A stretch of 64,000 nucleotides of DNA from Pocillopora damicornis (Eukaryota): NCBI RefSeq assembly GCF_003704095.1, contig NW_020844153.1, positions 1 through 64,000 on the forward strand, in the 5' to 3' direction. A model generated the notes under the pieces. The model had not been told where the DNA came from. It made no database searches and saw only the letters and a list, made by a program, of their open reading frames with translations. This document shows, in pieces, positions 24,600 to 38,663 of the stretch (its first letter is position 1; every line of letters starts with the position of its first letter). The position numbers were made by a program, and so were the translations under genes.

Positions 24600-24763
24600 A
24601 AATTATCAATACATCAACAAGAAGATAAGTGATGAGAAAAAGAAGAATATCAACAAGCACTGTCAGTTGATCTAATACCAAATTCTCCGAACTAACATCA
24701 TAGAAATTGTATGACAGACAGTAAGGAGAATTACTGATGAGATCTTGGGAGTAAAACGGTTAA
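24600..24763. repeat. Probable dispersed non-autonomous repeat (MITE-like), related to 49800-49982
   Basis: Ends in tgggagtaaaacggttaa, versus tgggaataaaatggttaa at 49964-49981; ccaaattctc here is the reverse complement of gagaatttgg at 49840. Confidence 0.4.
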
Positions 24764-26918
24764 GGACTGCGCCATATATTATTTTAAATTCAGAGAATAA
24801 AAGGCAGTTTCTTCCGAATTGGACAATCAATCGACTTGGAACTGAACTAATTCACTAAAACTAAGTTTTAGTAAAGTAAGACAACCCGAATGTTACTGTC
24901 ATCTCCAGAGTATTTCTACACAACTTCTCAGGGTCACAGTGACTGTGCTGAGCCATTTTTGGGGGAGACGGACCTATTTCTAAGCATGGTTTGCATGAGA
25001 CAACACCCAACTACACTTTATGGTCTACCGTGCATAAACATTCCGAACTAAAGCAAGCAACCAAAGACTAAACTTCCCTCGAAACTAAAGAATTGATGTA
25101 ATACATTCAGTTTTATGACACAATTTTTCGTCATTTATGGCATAAACATGAATCTAATTGTCCAGTTCTTTTCTACCTAATTCTTTTGGGAAATTTCTAT
25201 GTCACGTCATTTTTCCCCTTAAGTATGTTTACATGATTGGAATGCTTGAAAAATCTCACGCAGCATTACGGGTCAACTTGAAATAGCGCATTTAAAATGG
25301 TATTTCAAGACTACCATAAATTGCTGTTCAAAATGTAGCAGAGTTAGCTGATTTAACCAGGGAGATCAAATCACCTTATCATGAACACTAACGTTATTCA
25401 AAAAAATTGTTGACAGGCGCAAGATTTATTTTGGGTGAACCATGAGATCGTGGGCTACAATTTTACGGAGTTTCATGGGTAAACTTCCACTTGGTCACAA
25501 AAAACGGAAGAAAACGTTTTGCCCTCTTCACAAGTAAGCCGTGCATGGCTTTAAGATGACTTACTATTGTGAAATAAGCCTTTTATAGACCAGCTTATAA
25601 GAGTTAAAAACCCTTTGGAGCAAAACAAAAGTGCTCAAGTCCGAAACTTGCATTGGTACCTGAAGTACCTTCGTAACAAGAGACAATAACTATCAAAACA
25701 CATCTCAGTACTTTGTGACAGTTGCACGTTACAGTAGGCCACATAATTTCAGGTAGGCCACATAATTTCAGAGCCTTCGTGAGTCGTAATAGCAAGGGGT
25801 ATGCAGTTTCCGTTGTGAAGTCGGGAAGTACGTGAGTACTCGCAAATCGCAAACTCGCAAAAAGTGGCTCAGTCGACCGACCAACGTACACGTGAAATAA
25901 ACTGCAGCATAAAATTATCGCGTTTCTTGTGTTGGAACCAGCGATATTTTTAACAAAACCGTTTATTCTTTTTTTTTTTTTTTTTTCTTTCTTTTTTCTT
26001 TCTTTTTTTTTTCTGAGACCTGCTTCTATGACGAAAAGCGATTAAATTGTCAGTCGAAGATGATCCTGATAGTTGAGTTTAACGTCAGAATGACGTCAGT
26101 ATCTGCTATACGCACATACGGAGGACGTTTTATGGTGAATAGTTTCATCGACCGAAGAGATATATTAACTTATCAGTGGCCTCAGACCACATAATACCTC
26201 TCTTAGTTACATTTTATATTACTACCACACAAGAAAAAATGCAATGGGACCTTCATTCAACAGACACTGAAATATCCCATAAACATAGTTGTCCCTTTTG
26301 TGGTGTTAACTAGGGATGCGGTTTGACATCCCATAAGGAACACGTCCCAAAGGAAATATTACCGTTCATTTTACTGCTACAGGAAATTAAAAGCTAATTT
26401 ATGCCACATGAGTATGAGACTGGTTATTCAGGAGGATAGAATTTCAGGGGGAAAAGATTCCTGTGCATCTCTTGTAGCAATAATGAGTCTTCAATGAAAA
26501 GAGAATTCTGCAAGGGCTTAAGAACTGTATTTCAGATAACAAACCCTTTCAGATCACCTCATACTCTTGTCATAAAACCCAAAGAGCGCTGCTTTCAATG
26601 GTCATGACATAAAATGAAATATCGAACCAATTTCAAGTCAGTTTAATACCACCTTGGCTTCTTTCTTCCTTATTTCGAATGTTTCTGTATGTAGATTGAT
26701 TATTTTCAATCGAAAAATCATATTCGCTGCTTTCGAGCTCACCGAAACGGGAAAGGAAGATACATGTATACGTTTTTTTACTTTCATTTTAAACGCTGAC
26801 CAAAGAAATGCGCTCACTTCGTTTAAGCATTCAAAGCTTCTCAAGCCTTAGAATGAAAATTTATAATCTAAGCGTGAGTATGTTATGAGGTCTGTAAACA
26901 GTATATGTACCTCAATGA

Positions 26919-29900
26919 TCAACAGACCACCTTAGATTTGGTCTTGAACTTTATCAAGAAAGTCGGGTAATACTGATCCGAGGCAAACAGCACAAAAATG
27001 GTGGGCTTGGTGACGTTATCCACACAAGAGTCATAACGCTGTTTCTTGGCTTCGGAGTCACTCCTTAACGGTGGTCGTGGTAAGGTTGGCTCACCTTTGG
27101 CATATGACCCCACAAGAACCTCGCACAAAAACATGTACCGGAAGGACTCGGAGTCTTGCCTGCAGTAGAGATTACTCAAGGCCGCCTCCTCTGTGAAGTA
27201 GGCTCCTTTACCGAACTGGGCAGCTCGGTCCTCTTCTAGAGCACGACAGTCGATGTTCTCCTCACATATCGTGTCTACAACTTGGGGATCAACTCCGTGG
27301 AAGAGAAGTTTTTCATTCATAGGATTGTCTTTGACCGAGGCCTTCTTCTCCATCCATTCTTTCTTACTAAGAGGAACAGCACAAAATTTCAGCTTCATTA
27401 TTGGGAATGAAATTTCAACCTAAATTCTGTTTTGATTTGAAGTGAGTGAATTGCAAGTTTTAGCAATAATTTTTTTCTTATTGCCGTTATAATTGCGTTG
27501 TTGAAGTTTTTATTTTAACCAGAGTTCAGTTCTTGTTTCGTTTACCTTAAGGTAATTTTCTTAAACAATAAGCCAAGAGGCCAGAACTGATTAAAAGACG
27601 CAGGCAGCAGTATTCACGAGATGTATGACTTTATGCGTAAAGTAGTCAACTGCTTAACCCAATTCATCTCTGGCTGCGGGCTAGACATTTCCTACTTTCC
27701 TAGTTCACTACAAATGTATGTGTCAAATGCAACCTCAGTGACTTCAAAGTCTGTTGGGATTCATCAAGAGCAAGAGTTACACTGGTGCGTATGACTGTAA
27801 TACCTAGAAAAAACCTCGAAGAGGATTAACTACCAAAAGAAGAAATAACACGTTCAATACATACTCTGCATACTTCTTCCACAAAAACGGATTTTGAACT
27901 CGCTCAACGGAGATGATAGTTGCCTTGTTTTCGGACATGGTTTGGCGAAACAGGCTTTCGGCACATTTGAATTCATCTGAGTTGCTAGTCAGAGGAACAC
28001 GCATGAACTCTCGGTCTTCAGGAACACGTTCCCAGTGAGAAGGAGTGTGACCATGTGATGAAGCTGAGGTAGACTGCCCTGGTGTTGCGGGTTGCAATGG
28101 GATTGGTAGTTCAAGGGGACTGAAGAATATAAAAAAAAACACGAAGTTCGCTTAACCTTATAGTGCTTTTCCTCGCGAATTAAAGCTCATACTGTTCATT
28201 TGATTTTTTCAGTTCCTGGCCTTCTTTAGAAAAGTGATAATGATAATGACATAAAATAAACTCGTGTTTGTACAGAGTCTCAAAGCAGATACAACAAAAG
28301 CTAGCTTACAACATATACCCATACAATATTCGTTTGACTACGATGTATACACTCTAGATACCAGTAAACAAAAACTCAAACAGCAAAGTAAAAATCTCAC
28401 TGGAGAAACGAAAACACTAATATACATTTATACATACAAGAAAACAAAAGAAATAAACAAACAGAACACCACCCGAAGTGTTCGGCCTACCCAAGTGCGC
28501 TTACTGTGATTGGTCAAAATAACAATCACCCCACCAATTTGATGCATGCAAAAACAAAAATATATTCCTCGTCAACACGCGTTTCCCACGTGTTTCTACC
28601 TCATGACTTTCTGTATTGTAAAATAAGCCTTGCGCATAAGTTGCCTTCGTTGTTGCTACGAGCGCATTTTACGTTTTAAATGACCCCCTGAGATGGACGA
28701 TAGGGTCATCATGCCACAAAATAACCTTGTAGAAATCAAGGTGACTGGATCTAACATATCTTTAGAGGTAAGCATTCACAGTGTTAGTTTTTACCTCTGC
28801 AGCCTCTCTATTTCCGACTTAGACCTAAACAAAGGCCTTCTTCTCACTTTTGTAACTTTAATGGGTGGTTTCAAGTTCTGCTGGTACATGGATGTTTTGT
28901 GAAAAAACAACTTATGGTCCTCTCCTCCTCTTTTAAATTTATGGAATGATCTTCCTTTGGTGAACGACTCTTCTATTCGCTTCTGTTTGGAGACATCATG
29001 GCACGAAAAAAAGGAAAATAGAAAAAAATAAGCCTTCAGAAGATACCACCGCCGAAATGAGGAAGTGAACTCCCCTTTTTTCCCGAAATAACGACAAACA
29101 TAAAACTTCGGTATCTAAGAATCAATAAATTATAATAAAACCTGCCATTGCATGGAAAAGAAGGGGACATTTCCTGAATATGGAAAATGCTCGAAGCTCG
29201 TTAATAAATACAAAAACATTAAATAAACAACAATATCAAAGAAAAGTTATGCTCACAATAAATTTGTCCCTAAAATGGATGACAAAAGCAAAAAAATAAA
29301 AAAAAAATTATGCATATATATAAATATATACATATACATATAAATATACATACATATAGGCTGCGGTTACTTTAGGGCAGTTTCAGAACCAAAACTGTCT
29401 CCAGATGTGGATATTTATATCATCTTACTTGCAGAGCTTCATAAATCACTCACCAAATTCTCCAAAAATGTTTTTTTTACTTTTCAGACCTAAGATAAAA
29501 TTTGATTTGCTCATTGGCCTAAAAGAATGCAGTGAATTGTCAAGCAACTCTCAGATGAGAAGAGAGGACCCCTTTTCTGTTACCAAGCCAATGATAGTCT
29601 GTGTTCTTGATATTAATTTTTTTTTCCTCTGTTTTTACCCAAAAGAGTAGGAATGATCAGCAATTATCTTACAGACATACCATAAGCTCAGAATCATACT
29701 CAGTCCAACTGCTGTCCTGATCTGACAGGTACCAAACCCATGTAGTCAATAGAGAATGATCTGTAAGCGAGCTCACTGACTTAGTGGACAGACGTCTCAG
29801 CTCCACAGATCCAAATCCTGTCACAGCTTTCATTTCATCAAAGTTGATCTTGATGTAACCTTCTCCAGGATCAATACTGCAGCAACAAAAGGGAAAGTTA

Positions 29901-32900
29901 ACTATCACACAGAAGTGAAACCAAACATTATGATTATCAATCATATTTAGATCAGCGTTAACTTATAATATAAAGATCTTTCCAAGCTTAAAACTGGAGC
30001 TTCAGTTAGTTAATTTAACAGCCCTTCCTTCATCAAAACTCCTCACTGTCGGTTGCAGAGTGTATTCTGGGAAATCAGTCATAAGTTATGAAGAGAGGGT
30101 GGGTATACCAGGGATAAGGGCTGGCTACCCTTCTTTATTTAACAAAATAAATATATTCTTCGGGTTCACTAGACAAGAAAAGTGATTAAAGCTGTAATTT
30201 CCTATTGGTGAAACAAGTTGTACTTACAGTGCAGTTGGAGGAGGTGCAACTTGAATGTGTCCAATTTCTGTCTCTGTAACATCAACAGTGCAGAACTGTC
30301 TCTCAATGTCTTCACTATCATTTTCGGTGAATGCCTTCCATCCATCTGCTTGCTCATTGTCAAGGTATCTATACTGCCACATGTATGGCATGTTGTGATG
30401 AAAGTACTCACACAATTGAGCCTTGCCACAATGACCCAATAGGAATTCCAGGCAGATGTACTGGGGGCTATGGAAGTTTTGCACCTCTGTCTTTGGATTC
30501 ATCACTTGTTTCTTTTGAGGTTGTGCAGCTACAGAATTAACAAAGAGATTGTTCAGTAATAAATTTAGAACTGAATTTTCATTTATGTTCTTAGAGGCCT
30601 GTGTATGAACAGGGTTAATTATTAAATATATAAAATAAAATCAAGAATACCAAACATTCCCAAACCGCTGGAATCAGAGTCATTAGAATCCTGCCATGAA
30701 CAAATACATGGTAAAGGATGATTTTGGGCGTTAGATGATGAAATCTCATCAATTTCTTTGCTAAAAGTATGGTTATTTCATAAGATTTGATGTCTCTGAC
30801 ATTTGTCTAACATCATAGTACAGTATCATCTCATTTCTTTGACACAATGATTTGCATCTGTAAAATAGATACATGCAAGTGAACAAGCTCAATAAAAAAA
30901 GATCCATAAACAACCCCATGCTTACAAATTGAGTTAGAAATGACCATGGCCAGGTTCAAAACACAAATGACAAAATTTCTTGGTCAGATGTGTACAGATA
31001 ATGAGATAGTGTATGTAACCATAAAAAACTAACTTGGGTAATGGTACTTCAAGCAATTTCCAGTGCAGCCCAGTACCAAAGGTACAATACTGATTACACT
31101 TCTTACCAGCTTCTTGTTCCTCTTTGGTTTCCATGGTCAATGGTTGCCTCTGTCCACGCACCAGAATGGCTCGAAAGACAGCTTGCACTGGAACAGTGGT
31201 CAAATTGTACTTCTCTAGAACTAACCGGGTATGGGGTTCTTTGAGACTTGCCTCATGGTTAAGAGGGCAGTTGGCTCCATTTTTGCAATTGCCCATTACA
31301 TAATGCTTGCAGACATGAATTGCATAGCAACGTAGACCTCTCCTGCATCTAGAAGATTTCTTGTTGTAATCAAGACAAACTTCAGGAACAGAGGCAGAAA
31401 TCAGGACACGTAGCTGCTCATCTGAGAAACAGCCAAGCTTCCGCCTTTTAGTGATGTTTTTGTTGTGAGGGCTCTTCAGATTATGGCTATGGCTGTATCT
31501 ACATTTCTTCCCTAACGGACAGGCACCATTAGCAAGATAATGCTTGCAGACATGGTAACGGAAACACTTTGGATCCTTACAGCCATTTTTGCCCATCAAG
31601 TAGCGAAAACAGATGCGTGCTTTAGGGGTGCATGCTCTTACTGATTCAATTCCCCCTTCACTGTTCTCAATGATCATAAACCTGCTTGAGTTTTCCCTGA
31701 ACCATGCAGCAATATCAATAGCATCTAGAGGAAACAGGTTGTAGCATTGGGATATTACAGCAAAAGGCACTTCACCATTGTGTTCTTTACAAATGTATTG
31801 AAAAACAGAGTTTACAGCTTCTTTTTCCAATTGGCTTTCTGCACTGTGCTGTTCAGATGGGTCAAAAGAGGTACTGTCCTGAGACAGTGCTCCTGCAACA
31901 TTTGTTGGGGACAGGTTGAAGAGCAAATCATCCACTTGAGAAAGTGGCTCAAAAGTTGAGAAGTCATCCTGTGAACCAAATGTATCTTCAAGATCTTGAA
32001 ATCCATCTTCTAACTCATCAGAAAAATTGATCAAGTTTCCTTCAGCAACTTCACTTATGCCCATTCCAGAAACCTGGTTCTGGTAAGTCATCCCACTGTT
32101 GGATTGTGTTTGCTTCCTCAGACCTTGAACAGATGTATTCCCTGATGTGTCTACATGCTTTGTGCTTGGACTAGGCTGATTGGAAAATTTTGAAACTGAG
32201 TAAAGATCAGGTTTGTCTGGCAAATCTTCATTATCTGAGGTTGAATCTGAACCTTCCTCTTCAACATCATCTGCAAGTGATTCTTCACATGGTTCACCTG
32301 CTTGATTTGCCTTTTTCTTCTGTCTTCGTCGTTGCCTTCTCCTCTTCTTCAGCCTCTCATCTGGACACCTTTTCACTTGTGAATCCAGATTGTTATCATC
32401 TTTTAGGGCTACAGGCAAGGACATCAAAGATGCTGGCTGTGATGTTAAAGAAGAACATGCTGAGGAAAGCTTGGCTTCTGTGGGACCTTTTTGCCTCTTT
32501 GGGAACAAGATGTTGCTCTGCATTATGATTATTTTGGTTCTCTGAGGGTCTAAATCATATTGCTTTAGAATTGAGGAATTATGGTCATCATTTAAAGCGT
32601 GTGTCAAGTTACAACTGCACGAGTTTTCTCCAAAAGCAAGGGGGCATAAATGTAAATGTCGGCAGTCATTACTGTAGTTGCATCTACTATTCACATATGG
32701 GAGACAAATTCGGGGAAAACTGTGTGAAATTATGTTCTTTAAAGTTCCATTTGGGCAACGCTCAATCCCCAATCTCTGTATCTTCTTTATGTTACCCTCA
32801 TCATGGAAGTCATGTGAGAGACCACAGCCTCCCTGACAAGTATCCTCAAGGTAACCTTTGCAGATATGCCAATACTGACAAGTGTTGAGAGATTTACAAT

Positions 32901-34056
32901 AACCTTTCATATACTGCAAACATAATTTTTTCCTTGAATTTACTCGAACACCGAGAATATCACCATTTTGGTTCTCTAGCAAAATGATTTTCTGTCCCTG
33001 TTCTGGGTGAGTGTTTACTTGAAGCCAAATCTTTGCATCAACCTCAGACTTTGAAAACTTCCCTACCAATGGCGAGGGTGGTTGTAATAGGTCCCGCAAT
33101 GAAGAGTACCCTCCTTTACTACATATGAAATTAAAAACTTTCATAAACAGAGGATCAGCATCAGGAGGTGCAGTGTCATGATGCATTTCTGGTTTGGCTT
33201 GAGCAGGTGCTTTTGGTTCAGGTTTAGAGAAGTTTTGGCATAAACGCGCCAGACTAACAGCTCCAGGTTTACCCTGATGTGAGGGGTGCCTCTGTGTAAT
33301 ATTATCAGGCTTATTAACTCTTGGCGTGGGTTGCCTGCTGAAGCTTGGATCATTGATAGCCCTTCCTTCAAAAGATTTCTGCTGCTTCGGGATCAGAATG
33401 TTACAACGAACGACATCCATGTCTGACGTTCGGGGAGGCCTGAACCCATACTGTTTCAGCAAGCTTCTGTTGTGCGGACTAGTGAAATCGTGATACCGAC
33501 TACATCCACAGGCTGTTGCCCGCACCGCATTAACACAAATATGAAGATACGGACAATTTACAGAGAGGCAACCATTTTTTGAATACATAAGACAAACCTG
33601 CAGAAAGCTTCCGGCGACAATAGTTTTCAAAGGCCCAGTCGCTTTTCCTTCAAAACCCAATTCCACCGTTTTCGCTTTGTTGTCTTCATCGTGAAAATCA
33701 TGTGATCGGCCACAGTTTCCTTTACAAGTTCCCTCAAGGAACTCCCTACATAAGTGCCAGAATTTACATCTACTTCCTGATTTACAAGACTCTTCGGTGG
33801 AGTACTTTAAACACATTTGTTTGGCCAAGTCGATTCGCACGCCGACAGCTTCATCACGTTGATTTCTTACCAAAACCAATCTGTTGTTTGGGTCCAAATC
33901 TTTCTGAGTTTGAAACCATAAAATCAGCTCAGTCTCAGTAGATTTCTTTGCCAAAGGCGAGGGATTTTTAAGTAAATGCGATAGTTCTAAAACTCCGCCA
34001 CTTCCACTGATGAAATTGAATACTTTTACAACTGAGACATCGCTCGATACTGCCAT
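26919..34056 (-). CDS. PARP12: PARP12/ZAP-like protein B, ~1445 aa: 3x(HTH+4 CCCH) - CCCH - WWE-WWE - mono-ART (H-Y-I)
   Basis: Exons 34056-31107, 30528-30228, 29876-29681, 28982-28795, 28119-27865, 27366-26919; GT-AG, the same phases (1,2,0,2,2) as gene A, 4338 nt in frame. Motifs MPYMWQY, TTWVWY, LFHGV, FGKGAYF, YDSCVD, TIFVLF, QYYP. Confidence 0.9.
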
Positions 34057-34489
34057 TGTGTCAATTAAGAATGGTCGAGCTGGCAAGCCTCGGTATTGAT
34101 TCACATGTCTTTTTTTTTTTTTTTTCACTTTTCTTAGAAAGTGACAAAGTCTACTAAGCGGGGGTACGGAGGTGCGTCAGTCTTACGACTGAAACAAAAA
34201 AATAGAGAGAAGATTAATAAAACGGAGGAAAAGATCAAAACTCCTAACAAAGAAGAAAAATTTACCCTCACTTTTGAAGTTAGACCCTTCTATTATCTGG
34301 ACATTCCTAGTCTAACCAAACGTGCAGTACTGGACAACCAGACTGATCGAGCCCTCCCTAGTGTGTTTTGATATAGTCTTACGCCCGCAATGCGACCTGC
34401 TGGTCATTAACTTGGTAACCACGTCGCGCGGCGGCCATCTTGCTAAGTTGTTTTTTCGTTGATTTGAGAATTTTAGCCTTACCTGAAAA
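34057..34489. promoter_or_regulatory. 433-bp bidirectional intergenic region between PARP12-like B and STEEP1
   Basis: Divergent ATGs at 34056 and 34490; IRF-like tttcacttttc 34123-34133 overlapping GAS-like ttcttagaa 34131-34139; YY1-like gcggccatcttg ~34431-34442. Confidence 0.55.
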
Positions 34490-37784
<3,295 letters not shown>

Positions 37785-38663
37785 TCTCGAGTGATGAATG
37801 TCATCCACCTCCAATTAAGATGTAACAAGAAGTGCCTTGCCGTAGTGGGCCTCAAAATCTTGTTGGAGATAAAGAGTAACTGGAAACAGATTATCATGAT
37901 CAAATGCTTCAATATTTGATGACAACAGTTGACCAGTGGTCAGCAATTCCTTTTAAGTGTTGAGACTTTAAGAGCTACAGGTAGAGTTCGTTTCAGTCCA
38001 ATTGTAAACTTTGGTAGCCGGATACAATGCACTGAAATTATCTAACAGTTACCCACAGAGTATTGTACAGAGTTTTGAGTTCTTGAAAGAGAACGGTTTA
38101 TTTGAAGATCGTAAAAATTATTCACGAAGTCTTGAAAAGGAGGGAAAAATCTGGGGAGTTTCCCAAGCAGTGGCGCTAAGTACTTCGTCACTGCACAGTA
38201 TGTGATAATTTTGAGAAGCTTAAAATGTTATAAAATACCTCGACACACACGTCGCGCATGCCCGTTGTTTAAGCACTGTGTTATTTATTACATCTCTTGC
38301 CTTTCATACGGAAGTACATAAAACGCAATTGTCTCCACAGACCCTATAATGGATGAACACCTTGATTGTTTTTGTCTTTAGTTTATTTATAGTCAATGTA
38401 CAAAGGAAGCAATACTTTTTTAGATTAATTAAAAAAAAATTCCTCAATTTTTTAGCCTCTTTTGTTTGAAATTGTCACAGAGGCAGTTCTTAATCAAAAT
38501 TATTGTAAGTTTGCTTTATGTACTAAATTAATTAACAAGCAAATGGAAAAAAGAAACACATTTAAAACAATTTCATGGCGATGTTTTTTCAATTCTCAAA
38601 TTTAGTCGCCTTTGTCAATCAATAAAAGTTCAAAAGTAATACTACATGTGCGTGTTAAGTGTA

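Noticed and set aside
23700-26200. GC-rich patch (24170-24330), CRE-like tgacgtca (26091) and ORF 25604-25891 as an extra gene
   Set aside because: Could not assemble a spliced model or recognise any protein motif.
34057-34128. N-terminal extension MKKKKK... of the gene B ORF
   Set aside because: Non-ATG start running through a poly-T tract; homology with gene A starts at ATG 34056.
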